From: a virus
DNA: 64,000 nucleotides
Reading direction: 5' to 3' (one strand)
IMG/VR virus record: IMGVR_UViG_3300047564_004575
Coordinates: 8,661-72,660 of that record
Shown here: one piece after another, positions 37,923-47,173 of the stretch
Layout of the letters: each line of letters opens with the position of its first letter
How positions within the stretch are numbered: position 1 is the stretch's first letter
Notes under the pieces: model-generated
Database searches by the model: none
What the model was told of the DNA's origin: nothing
The model's input: the letters and a program-made list of their open reading frames with translations, nothing else
Translations under genes and position numbers: made by a program

Positions 37923-38291
37923 ATGATCGGACTCCCTAACGCTACTATCACAATCCCAGTTGTCCCCACTGAACCGATTGGTTTTGACCCATACACTAGT
38001 GAACCTTTATTCGGTACGTTAACAAACAAAACTGTCGCAGTATCTTTGGAAGAAAAAAACGCCCCTAGGGAATTAAATTTACCTGGGGTCGACACGGCGA
38101 TCGCCTATCTAGAGGGACGCATTTCCGGCACCGCCCCCAGTGAGTTAACAGCTAATAATTTTTACGACATCAACATTACGTTACAAAATCAAATATTAGT
38201 CGCTAGATTTTATGTAGTAGCAACGCCATCAAGCCGCTTGGGACTTGATTCTGTATTTGGAAAGGCGATCAGCGGCTGGTTGGTCAAATAG
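37923..38291 (+). CDS. Putative head-closure/virion structural protein
   Basis: Beta-rich 122 aa, GFDPYTSEP N-terminal motif typical of head-tail joining proteins. Confidence 0.45.
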   Translation: MIGLPNATITIPVVPTEPIGFDPYTSEPLFGTLTNKTVAVSLEEKNAPRELNLPGVDTAIAYLEGRISGTAPSELTANNFYDINITLQNQILVARFYVVATPSSRLGLDSVFGKAISGWLVK

Positions 38292-38314
38292 ACACTTGCT
38301 AATTTATAACATGT

Positions 38315-39058
38315 ATGCCTATGATAGGTTATCATCTATCGCCTAGTGTTATGAAAAAAATAGATTTTAGCCCAAGGGATAACCGGATTATCGCCCTAGC
38401 CAAAAAAATTACTGAAATCTACAGTGTATCCGAGCTCGAAAAGTTAGCCCCCATTAGTCCTCAAACGATTATCCGATGGGCAGAGAGTGAACATCGCCCT
38501 AGTAAATCAGCGTCAAGTTCTCTCCCTATAATCATCGCCGTCAGTGACCAAGATTTTAATGATTATCTTGAAGGGAATATATCCCTAGAAGAATTGTGGG
38601 ACAGGAAAGGAAGTGCTAAACGGATTCAGACTAAAACAGAAATTACCTTACAGACTGTTTTGAATGATGCCAAGATGTTGAGCACTATGGAGTTATTAAA
38701 ATTAATCTCCAATTTGTTTTTGATTATTTCCCCTGGGGAATTAATTTATCCTACACAACCACCAATAAAATGTGTAGAGTTATCTGCCCAGGCTAAGTTA
38801 CGGCTCAAAACACTATTAAACGTGTCCAACGCCTATAAAAATCAAACCATTCAATCCATAATTGAATCGGGAGCAGACAAAGCCTTAATCGAAGATATGG
38901 TCAAGGATTTTGAAAATGACTTCATTGAACCTGTTTATCAGACCTTATTGCCATTCCTTTGCTACGTAGAAAAATGGGTTGAGAATAATCCAATCCCAAA
39001 CCCATCTAAGACTTTTACTTCTGTCACCGAATTAACCAATATCTTAAACGCTAGCTAA
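38315..39058 (+). CDS. HTH-containing regulator-like protein
   Basis: SVSELEKLAPISPQTIIRWAESEHRPS. Confidence 0.55.
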   Translation: MPMIGYHLSPSVMKKIDFSPRDNRIIALAKKITEIYSVSELEKLAPISPQTIIRWAESEHRPSKSASSSLPIIIAVSDQDFNDYLEGNISLEELWDRKGSAKRIQTKTEITLQTVLNDAKMLSTMELLKLISNLFLIISPGELIYPTQPPIKCVELSAQAKLRLKTLLNVSNAYKNQTIQSIIESGADKALIEDMVKDFENDFIEPVYQTLLPFLCYVEKWVENNPIPNPSKTFTSVTELTNILNAS

Positions 39059-39784
39059 TATTTTTTGTTTAGCTTTTTTGCGTATCTCATACAACTCCTC
39101 CCAACTAACTCCTAATTCAATCATAGCCATTAGGTCGTCTTCGCTTAATGCTTTATATTCAACGTCCGTTAACACTTTGGAACATTTAGCCGATAGGAGT
39201 TCTCCCTCGGCTTCATTGTCAAACATATCGAAAACGTCTACAGAATCTCCTTCCACACTATGCACAGCAGTTACAAACCTGTAACTATATTTACGAATAT
39301 TTGACGGGGGTTTAATCGTCTTATCCCCTTGTATCTCTTCCTGTATCAAAGCTTTAATCCATCGGTAGGCATAGGAACTAAATTTGATTTCTTTGCCATC
39401 TACCACGGGTTCATACAGATAAAGCGCATAAATTAAACCGATATGACCTGCCTGGACTAAATCGTCTGGGCAGGAATGTTTATTGTACCGATGCTTCCGG
39501 TGAGCTTCACTGATAACCATTGCAGTGTTATGGTCAATCAACTTACCCATAGCCCGTTCTGCCCTGCGTATTTCCTTAGTAGTGGGGATGGTGTCACGGA
39601 TAGCCTTAAGGTTTAATTTCTTCCATCCACCACGAAAACCATTTAAACCATTTTTTAGCTGAGAAGCCAGTGCCAACTTGAGGGGCATAAAGTCTTGCCA
39701 GAGTTGCAACTGTTCCGACTTGGTGAGACTCCGTAGATTGATTTTCTTAGCCATAATCCCCGTCGCCCGTAATGTTTTAAACAT
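39044..39784 (-). CDS. Phage RNA polymerase sigma70-family factor
   Basis: Region 2: LIDHN..MV...A...DDLVQAGHIGL..A...Y...KFSSYAYRWIK; reduced region 4. Confidence 0.85.
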   Translation of the reverse strand: MFKTLRATGIMAKKINLRSLTKSEQLQLWQDFMPLKLALASQLKNGLNGFRGGWKKLNLKAIRDTIPTTKEIRRAERAMGKLIDHNTAMVISEAHRKHRYNKHSCPDDLVQAGHIGLIYALYLYEPVVDGKEIKFSSYAYRWIKALIQEEIQGDKTIKPPSNIRKYSYRFVTAVHSVEGDSVDVFDMFDNEAEGELLSAKCSKVLTDVEYKALSEDDLMAMIELGVSWEELYEIRKKAKQKILASV

Positions 39785-39915
39785 AACACAGTTTGATAGA
39801 TGACCCCTATATTATGCCTGCAATCAGACATTATTTCAATCATTTTAATTAATGGTAATCATTTGTTTACAAAAAAAGACCCAGTAGGGTCTTGAGTTGG
39901 TTTGTGGATACTTGA

Positions 39916-40068
39916 TTAAGGCTTTGACTTTTCAATTTGACGATGAACTGCCGCGATCGCTTTGCGGATTATTTCAGGCTGGGAACCGTCCGATTTTGCT
40001 GTAGCTTTGATATTGCAATCACAGTCAAGCCAAAGTTTAAATCGCCGCCATTGTTGAGGACTAGTCAT
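39916..40068 (-). CDS. 50-aa sigma-region-4/LuxR-like HTH peptide (not in ORF track)
   Basis: MTSPQQWRRFKLWLDCDCNIKATAKSDGSQPEIIRKAIAAVHRQIEKSKP*; TAATG coupling to the upstream ORF. Confidence 0.55.
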   Translation of the reverse strand: MTSPQQWRRFKLWLDCDCNIKATAKSDGSQPEIIRKAIAAVHRQIEKSKP

Positions 40069-40469
40069 TAGCGACTCCCTTCAATGATGTCCCAATCGTC
40101 AGCCATTACCCATTCCCCCGTGCTAGTTTGCATCATGCCAGCGTGAGGATTGCGTGCGGCTTTTAATTTTTCACAGTAAGCGATCATTTTGTCAGATTCT
40201 ACAGATACTTTTTTCAGTATTGTTTCACCCCATTTGTTTGTTTCTGATTCAACAATCTCGCCACCGGCATCCAAGGCTATTTGGCAATGTTGATAATCAA
40301 AAAAGTTTCCGAGCATTTCAGACACAATGTAAAGATTTTTGTTAGCTTCGCTCAGTTCGCTGTAATAAAATTTGTTGCCGTCAACAATAACGTCTGCGCC
40401 GTAGCCCTTACCTGCAATGAATGTTAACTGAGTCATTTTAATTACCTCGTTTGTTTGCTTCAATAACAT
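40068..40469 (-). CDS. Hypothetical protein (early gene)
   Basis: Follows the conserved promoter and GAGG RBS; start likely MTQLTF. Confidence 0.7.
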   Translation of the reverse strand: MLLKQTNEVIKMTQLTFIAGKGYGADVIVDGNKFYYSELSEANKNLYIVSEMLGNFFDYQHCQIALDAGGEIVESETNKWGETILKKVSVESDKMIAYCEKLKAARNPHAGMMQTSTGEWVMADDWDIIEGSR

Positions 40470-40500
40470 AGTTATAGCACGCTATTGTGTGACAGGTCAA
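40444..40500 (-). promoter_or_regulatory. Conserved early promoter and leader, copy 2
   Basis: TTGACC-TGTCACACAATAGCGTGC-TATAAC...TGAAGCAAACAAACGAGG. Confidence 0.75.
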
Positions 40501-40518
40501 GCCCATCCGCAAAATTAA

Positions 40519-40590
40519 CCTCAAACCTATACACCGTAAGGATTCTAAAAAGTGTTGCATATACCTTAGAAACTTCAGGTATATGCAACA
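40519..40590 (+). repeat. Dispersed repeat copy E (perfect 14-bp inverted repeat core)
   Basis: TGTTGCATATACCT-TAGAAACTTC-AGGTATATGCAACA. Confidence 0.9.
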
Positions 40591-40635
40591 GTCGGTAAAA
40601 GCCCACAAAAAAGCCCTCAATAGGAGGGCATGGGA

Positions 40636-40773
40636 TTAGAACTTCTTGGGTCTTTTGGGGACTTCCCTGATTCGCTTGTCTCTCTCTAAAGTCTCTTTGC
40701 GTTCCTTGTTGGCTGTATTGCGGTGGGCTTGCATAATGCGTTTATAGTCTGGGTCGTTCGGAGTGATAGGCAT
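40636..40773 (-). CDS. 45-aa basic hypothetical peptide (not in ORF track)
   Basis: MPITPNDPDYKRIMQAHR...KRPKKF*, directly after dnaN and before a terminator. Confidence 0.5.
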   Translation of the reverse strand: MPITPNDPDYKRIMQAHRNTANKERKETLERDKRIREVPKRPKKF

Positions 40774-40778
40774 AGTGG

Positions 40779-41867
40779 TCAACGAATAATTTGTACAGGC
40801 ATAGCAAGGAATAAAGCGTTACTGTCAGGACAGGTAATGATAACCGGCTGATTAGGTTGATTAATGTTGATTTTGAGTTGAGATGCGCTCAGGGCATTAA
40901 TGCCAGCGTTAAGGTATTTTAAATTCAGTCCAATCTCAACCGGCTCCCCCGTTAGCTCACTAGGTAAACTCTCTACGCCTTGACCAATATCGAGAGTGTC
41001 ACTGGCAACGGTTAGGCGATTAGCGTTAAAAGATAGCTTGACTAGATTGTTTTTTTGGTCACTGAAAGTGGCAACGCGAGATACAGCTTCTTTCAATTTG
41101 CCACTGTCCACGATGGCGACACGCTCAAACTGAACCGGAATTAATTGATCAACAGCAGGATAAGCTCCGTCTAAAATCCGACCGATAACGGTCAAATCGC
41201 CAGACCAAAACTTGACCTGACCATCGCCAATCAGCAGACTGATATCGCCTAAAAGATGTTTAGAGACGGTTGTGAGGACGTAGGCGGGAATTGTGACGTT
41301 TAGTTCATCTACACATCCATCAGACCAGTAACGACTTAATACGTGCCCATTGGTGGCGTTGAAATATAACCGTTCATTTTTGGTCTGTAAGTTAATGCCA
41401 GTCAATACTTGTTTGGTATCGTCGTCACTGGCAGAACTACTGACGGTATTGATTGCCGTCCGTAGGGTATCCCCTGACAGATTAATTACTTCCCCTGTCA
41501 CTTCCGGCAAATCAGGATAATCATCAGCGCTCAAGGTATTAATCTTGTATTGACCCGTTTCGCTTTTAATTAGGAGCATTGACTCTTCTATTTCTAGAGT
41601 CAAATCCCCCGTCAACTTAGCGGCGATCGCCGTTAGCAGGGCATAGGGGATGCAGATAGAGCTATTGTCGTCTACGTTGTCAATATCGATGCGGTGAGTG
41701 ATTGCCATCGACAGGTTGAATCCCGTCAACACAGCGTCATTATCTAGGGTAGTAAGTTTTACAGTGCCAAGAATAGGCTGGGTCGGCTTGCCACTGATAG
41801 CGCGCCCAACAATGGAGAGAGCATTACTGATGGTTTTGGCGTTAACAAAAAATTTCATAGTGTCCAT
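40779..41867 (-). CDS. dnaN: DNA polymerase III beta sliding clamp
   Basis: PILG, DYPDLP, VLTGI, ATNGHVLS, GAYP..DQLIP, IGLNLKYL, LAMPVQI; 362 aa. Confidence 0.93.
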   Translation of the reverse strand: MDTMKFFVNAKTISNALSIVGRAISGKPTQPILGTVKLTTLDNDAVLTGFNLSMAITHRIDIDNVDDNSSICIPYALLTAIAAKLTGDLTLEIEESMLLIKSETGQYKINTLSADDYPDLPEVTGEVINLSGDTLRTAINTVSSSASDDDTKQVLTGINLQTKNERLYFNATNGHVLSRYWSDGCVDELNVTIPAYVLTTVSKHLLGDISLLIGDGQVKFWSGDLTVIGRILDGAYPAVDQLIPVQFERVAIVDSGKLKEAVSRVATFSDQKNNLVKLSFNANRLTVASDTLDIGQGVESLPSELTGEPVEIGLNLKYLNAGINALSASQLKININQPNQPVIITCPDSNALFLAMPVQIIR

Positions 41868-41919
41868 AATGTTTGATTGCGTCTATCATAATAGTCAGCA
41901 AACAAATAAATAGGCAATC

Positions 41920-42582
41920 ATGAAAGAGCGACCAATCTTATTTAGTAGCGAGATGGTTCGAGCCATCCTTGACGGGCGAAAAACCCAAACGCGACGGGTG
42001 GTTAATCCACAACCTGATATGGTAACCCGCAAAGGTGAGCCAGTTGCATTTAAGTCAATTGAACGGATCAATCCAGAAACAAGGGAGTTTGAAATACTAA
42101 CCCATGTTCCAGGTGAACCAAACAAAAAGTATTGCCGACAAATTAAATGCCCTTTTGGTCAAGTCGGCGATCGCCTCTGGGTACGAGAAACGTGGGCAGA
42201 TACCACATACTTTGACCCTAACGATGGGGGCTTTGTCTATAAGGCTACAGACCCAAATTGGGCAGATATGGAGGGATGGAAATGGAAACCATCAATCCAT
42301 ATGCCCCGTGAGGCATCCCGCTTAACCCTAGAGATCACTGGGGTACGGGTTGAACGGTTAAATAATATTTCTGAGGGAGATGCGATTGCCGAGGGGATTG
42401 AATCTATAGGGCGTGGTTGTTGGAAAGATTATCGACACCAAAACAACGCTCCGTGGTGTACATCCGTTTACTCTTTTAAGTCGCTATGGGACAGCATCAA
42501 TAGCAAAAAACATCCTTGGGCGAACAATGACTGGGTTTGGGTAATTGAATTTAAAAAGTCAACAGTTGCGCATAATAGTTAA
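41920..42582 (+). CDS. Conserved phage protein (ASCH/PUA-like)
   Basis: MKERPILF...MVRAILDGRKTQTRR, GDRLWVRETW, WKPSIHMPR.ASR, WVWVIEF. Confidence 0.8.
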   Translation: MKERPILFSSEMVRAILDGRKTQTRRVVNPQPDMVTRKGEPVAFKSIERINPETREFEILTHVPGEPNKKYCRQIKCPFGQVGDRLWVRETWADTTYFDPNDGGFVYKATDPNWADMEGWKWKPSIHMPREASRLTLEITGVRVERLNNISEGDAIAEGIESIGRGCWKDYRHQNNAPWCTSVYSFKSLWDSINSKKHPWANNDWVWVIEFKKSTVAHNS

Positions 42583-42699
42583 CCGTGTTAACATTTAAGC
42601 AATCCATACGAGTCCCACTCCCCGCTCGTGGCTAAAAAAAGGGGAGTTTTTTTTGTGCATTTTTGGGGTCTAGCTTATAATGTTAAATAGCCCTTTCAA

Positions 42700-42894
42700 A
42701 TGATGGATGATATGAAAACTTGCAAATTAGCACAAAATTGCCGTTTTTGTGGCAATGACAGAGGTTTAATCGTAGAAAGCAACAATATGCACCCAGCAAG
42801 AGTTAACTGTTCCGAATGCGGCAATTTTCACAAGTGGCTAAACAAAGCCCAAGTAGCCCAGGCGATTGAACTTGGTTTGTTTACAAACAAATGA
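42700..42894 (+). CDS. Small Zn-ribbon protein
   Basis: CRFCG...H.A...CSECG..KWL. Confidence 0.7.
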   Translation: MMDDMKTCKLAQNCRFCGNDRGLIVESNNMHPARVNCSECGNFHKWLNKAQVAQAIELGLFTNK

Positions 42895-42934
42895 TGCTCG
42901 TTATAATATTTGATAGCCAGATAGGAGATTATCG

Positions 42935-45900
42935 ATGGATTCACAGTTAACGCAACGGTCAGTAAGTCGCCAAGCTCAGATATTGGGCTACAAGGATGGA
43001 GACGTTATCAACGTCAGGGCGATCGCCGGTAAAGGTTTTGATGTAAAGGCAGATGGGTTATATCCCTTTGATGGGTATTTGACGGTAGGGACTTGGGAGT
43101 TTACCCGACTTAAGCCACAGTCTAAGGGTGGCGGGGTTAGCTTCGTTTCCAAGAATGGGATTGACTGTCTACTGAGAGAGAACTTGAAGGGTTATGGCAT
43201 TTACCTAATCCCTAACAAAGGGGGACGTAAGGATGACCAAATAACCGAGGTTACATCGCTGTTTTATGAATGTGATGACATTGACAAGCTAGAGCAGTTT
43301 GACCGTACAAAGCGGTTGGCGTTGAACCCTTCGATGATTGTCGAGACTCGAAATAGTTTGCACGTTTATTACACTTTGGCTGATGGCGATCGCCAAGTTG
43401 AAGGATGGCGGAAAAATCAACAGCGATTGATTCAGTTGATGGAGTCTGACCGCTCAGTCCATAACGAATCACGGCTAATGCGGCTAGCTGGATTCTTTCA
43501 CCAGAAAAAGGGTGAAATGCCTTTGCTGGTTGACATTGTGCAGGATAACAGCAATCGTTATACACTGGCTGATTTTGACCGTTTATTGCCTTCGTGGGAT
43601 GAAAAGCAATGGTCTGACAGTAAAGGTCATGACATTGATTGGCAAGAACAGGTAGAGGCGTTTAAAGCCAAGAAACGGGTGTTAGTACCTAATGATGAAG
43701 CTTTCCCTTTGGAGATTTGTTTACCCCATAAAGACCGTGAGTTGATCAAGTCTGGGGCGGCAGTAGGAGAGGGAAATACATTGGGATTCAAACTGGCTTG
43801 CAATCTGATTGCAACAGAAGACTTTTTGAGAAGTGCAGGATATCAATTCATAGGGGATGCGGAAACTTTATTCCGTGAATTTGCTTATAATTCAGAGTCC
43901 TACAAAACAGAGCAAGGGATACAAAGACCGTGGAATAGTGCGCTTAAAAGACGTCCTACTCCTACGTTAACGCCTCAAATGATTGAGAATTGTATAAACG
44001 CATGGCGGGTAAAAACAGGTAAGCATGACTGGTTTGAATCTAGCGTAGATAAGGTTGTCAAATCAGCTAAGGGGGTTAAAGATAATGGTCACGAAGCATT
44101 CTTAAACCTAACAACTAAAATCTTTGGTGGTAAAACAGGCTTAGCCCGTCACGCTAAACGGATAGCCGCTGGTTTAATAAAGTCCACGGTTAATCACTTT
44201 TATGAGCCAGGATTTGGGGCAAAGATGTATGAAGAATTAGCCCGTCAAGGTCACAAATGGATATTAGATATAAGTGGTACGGGATGCGGTAAAACCTTTA
44301 CAGTGTCATTGCTTAATAAAGCCGCGATGTTCTTACAACCCGATGAAGGTGATGAAGTATTGACCCGTTTATTCTATATGCCACCGTCCTATCGGAACCC
44401 TACTAATGCCAAGATTGAAGAGGAATGGCATGAGACAGCGGCAAGAAACAATGGATTGTATTTAAACTATTCAAAACAAACTGAGTTAGGTAATCCCTAT
44501 CGGGAAAGTTTGAAGGATTTGGGTGAAGTTGATGACCACGAAAGAACCCAGTCGAACTGCCATAAAGCAGAGATATTCCACAAGCATTATGCGGCGGGGC
44601 GATCTACTGAGGGACTTTGTAAAACCTGTGATGTACGGGAAAAATGTGCAGTTAAAAAAGGTGATGGATTTGGGTATATTTCTGAGGTCAAAAAGTGGGT
44701 TACTCAAGATAAAATCCGAACTTCTTACCAATGGTTAGACAAAGAAAAAGTTTCGATTTGTTCTACCGGCTTACTTTTTGACGAGGCGGGGCAAGTGGGA
44801 TGGTCACATCAGATTACAGTGGAGCTTGGCTACATTGACAAGTTAATGAACAAAATACGCCGGGTAGATTCCAAACTACACCGTCGATTAATCGATTTGC
44901 AGTATGCGATCGCCGACTTAGTGGACTCTGAAGAATACCCCCGCCATGGCTATAACAAACATCAAGTCATGAAGGCTCTCAATGTCGATAAATCGTTAGA
45001 GTCTGATTTGGAGAAGATTTTAGAGATTGAGTTAGACGGGCGGGATAATGAGAGTGAAGATGTTGACCCAATCTTTCTCTATGACCTATTGCGGGTAGCT
45101 TTAGGGTTAATCCCAGGGTCGTTAAGCTTAAGTAAAAACACCTTGACAATTCAGATTAAAAACGACCGTTTAATCCAAGCTTGTCATGCGGCTAAATTTG
45201 TTATCTGCCAGGATGCCACATGGTCAGCTTCCATGATGGCGATGGCTTTAGGGATTAAAGAAAGTGACATTGTTGTCATTGCACAGCGTCAGGAAATCCC
45301 TACCAATTTAGTGATTGAACACTGGAAAGGGGCGGGTTTATTGGGGAATACTCGCAGTGAATCGATGCAAAAATTAACTCGTGCTATCCGTGAACAGTTG
45401 ATGATGATGTATCCCGAAATAGGGTTTATCGACTGGAAACAACACGGGATGTCTAGTGACCTAATCCACTTTGGGGATAGCCGGGGTAGTAATGCCTACA
45501 AAGAAAAAAGCGTCGTTGCCAGTATCGGTCTGTGTCGCCCTAACATGACAGCAGTTTTGCTTGAGTATGAGGTTATGTCAGGTCGCACCATTGAAAACTT
45601 TGAAGACGAGGGATTCAGAGAATACTATGGTCATGCGATCGCAGCTAACTTGATTCAGGAAATAGGACGGTTACGGGCTAATCGCCGCCCCGGGGAAGAG
45701 CTTAAATTTATTCTTATTGGTGATGGCGACATTCAATTTCTAGAGGATTTGGGTTTTGACCTAGTGGAGTGCGACGCCGCTACCAAATTAGAAGGGGTAG
45801 AATTAGGGGCAGTAGGGGCTAAAGCTCGTTATCTAAACTTTGGGATGCGTATTTGTCGCCTAATCCCTAAAGGGGAATGGCGAAAAATGTCGCTACGCAA

Positions 45901-46267
45901 AGCCGCTGAGTTTTTAGACCGTGCAGGGTCATCCGTTAGCCGTTGGGTGAGGCGCTGGTTTGGTGTTGAGGGGGATGGCAATGGTATTGCCTTCCAACGG
46001 TTTAAAGAATTGGTCTACGCCGCCATCTATGGCGGGAAGACTGACGGATTTAGTGAGGCGGAAGAAACCAACATCGCCTGCCTAGGGGAAATGCTGAAAA
46101 AAGCTAAGTTCTGTGGACAGGAACTTGGGAACGAACTAAATCTTTTAATTGAATCATGCACATGGCGTGTCTTTTTGGAATCCGTACGAAGACTAGGTGA
46201 TGATTACGGCATCAAACTACTTGCCCGTATATTTGACGTGGCTATTAATGCTCAAGGTCATTTCTAA
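42935..46267 (+). CDS. Primase-helicase-like replication protein (RepB-type primase plus P-loop domain)
   Basis: FYECDD, SLHVYY, SRLMRLAGF primase motifs; SGTGCGKT, LLFDEA, QEIGRLRA. Confidence 0.75.
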   Translation: MDSQLTQRSVSRQAQILGYKDGDVINVRAIAGKGFDVKADGLYPFDGYLTVGTWEFTRLKPQSKGGGVSFVSKNGIDCLLRENLKGYGIYLIPNKGGRKDDQITEVTSLFYECDDIDKLEQFDRTKRLALNPSMIVETRNSLHVYYTLADGDRQVEGWRKNQQRLIQLMESDRSVHNESRLMRLAGFFHQKKGEMPLLVDIVQDNSNRYTLADFDRLLPSWDEKQWSDSKGHDIDWQEQVEAFKAKKRVLVPNDEAFPLEICLPHKDRELIKSGAAVGEGNTLGFKLACNLIATEDFLRSAGYQFIGDAETLFREFAYNSESYKTEQGIQRPWNSALKRRPTPTLTPQMIENCINAWRVKTGKHDWFESSVDKVVKSAKGVKDNGHEAFLNLTTKIFGGKTGLARHAKRIAAGLIKSTVNHFYEPGFGAKMYEELARQGHKWILDISGTGCGKTFTVSLLNKAAMFLQPDEGDEVLTRLFYMPPSYRNPTNAKIEEEWHETAARNNGLYLNYSKQTELGNPYRESLKDLGEVDDHERTQSNCHKAEIFHKHYAAGRSTEGLCKTCDVREKCAVKKGDGFGYISEVKKWVTQDKIRTSYQWLDKEKVSICSTGLLFDEAGQVGWSHQITVELGYIDKLMNKIRRVDSKLHRRLIDLQYAIADLVDSEEYPRHGYNKHQVMKALNVDKSLESDLEKILEIELDGRDNESEDVDPIFLYDLLRVALGLIPGSLSLSKNTLTIQIKNDRLIQACHAAKFVICQDATWSASMMAMALGIKESDIVVIAQRQEIPTNLVIEHWKGAGLLGNTRSESMQKLTRAIREQLMMMYPEIGFIDWKQHGMSSDLIHFGDSRGSNAYKEKSVVASIGLCRPNMTAVLLEYEVMSGRTIENFEDEGFREYYGHAIAANLIQEIGRLRANRRPGEELKFILIGDGDIQFLEDLGFDLVECDAATKLEGVELGAVGAKARYLNFGMRICRLIPKGEWRKMSLRKAAEFLDRAGSSVSRWVRRWFGVEGDGNGIAFQRFKELVYAAIYGGKTDGFSEAEETNIACLGEMLKKAKFCGQELGNELNLLIESCTWRVFLESVRRLGDDYGIKLLARIFDVAINAQGHF

Positions 46268-46300
46268 TATAGAAACAGTAAACTATTTGAAAAGCACTTT

Positions 46301-46717
46301 ATGGACTATTTTTTGGGCTTTACCTCGTTTTATGAGATGCGCGATGATGGTAACTGGTATGGATACGCCTGTAGCAAAAACGCCAAACTAGCAGAGCAAA
46401 AGTCTAATACCTTGTTATTGTTGTGCAATAAAATTAAGTATAAAATCATTTGTCACCATTGTCAGTCTGATATGGGGGCAAGTTATGTAATTAATCAACG
46501 GGGCATAATTACTTTTTCCAACTTAGCCTGTGAGAACTTTTTAGATGTAATCAACGCCGCAACTATTGATTATGAAACTTCCAGTGCTTTGTTTTTTGAC
46601 GGGGAGTTTGACGACAAAAAAGCACAGTATCGCATTAATGTAAAATGGTTTGGAGAGTATGCTTTATGCAAAATTATTGGCGTTTACGTGGAACCGAACT
46701 TGCTGGTCATAAGCTAA
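46301..46717 (+). CDS. Hypothetical protein
   Basis: 138-aa ORF. Confidence 0.55.
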   Translation: MDYFLGFTSFYEMRDDGNWYGYACSKNAKLAEQKSNTLLLLCNKIKYKIICHHCQSDMGASYVINQRGIITFSNLACENFLDVINAATIDYETSSALFFDGEFDDKKAQYRINVKWFGEYALCKIIGVYVEPNLLVIS

Positions 46718-47135
46718 ACTTTTTGCAAACCTGTTCATAGATTAAATCGCCATGTTCAGGGTTTTGCTCAAAACAATAATCTAATATTTTAGAATGCCAA
46801 CGGATATAAGTCTTCACTTCATCGGTATCCACACTGCCCACAATTGATTTAGCTGTAACCGTTGGTTTTGATTGAGAGGCGGGGAATTTTTCGACTTTAA
46901 CAAATTCCCCATCCTCATTCATAAGAGAAGTGATGTTATAGAAGTTTCCATTCTTAGTCACCATCACCATTTGCCCCCCGTTCAAGGGTGACAAAAGAGG
47001 GTCATTTTCGCTACCATAAACGACAATCTCACTGTTATCTTCTAACACCAAAGTCATTCTAAGCCCTGGTAGATTGTCTTTTTTGCGGGTATAAACTTGT
47101 GCAGGTTCTTTGACGGTAGCGAGTTTTTCTGACAT
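46707..47135 (-). CDS. Hypothetical protein (OB-fold-like)
   Basis: Beta-rich N-terminal half. Confidence 0.6.
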   Translation of the reverse strand: MSEKLATVKEPAQVYTRKKDNLPGLRMTLVLEDNSEIVVYGSENDPLLSPLNGGQMVMVTKNGNFYNITSLMNEDGEFVKVEKFPASQSKPTVTAKSIVGSVDTDEVKTYIRWHSKILDYCFEQNPEHGDLIYEQVCKKFSL

Positions 47136-47173
47136 GACTAAATTAAGATAACAATAAAGCTATATTAAAATCT

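Noticed and set aside
42565-42592. dif-like site GTTGCGCATAA-TAGTTA-ACCGTGTTAAC
   Set aside because: The left arm resembles the E. coli XerC arm, but the XerD arm is poor and out of register, it overlaps a gene end, and it is a single copy. Probably chance.
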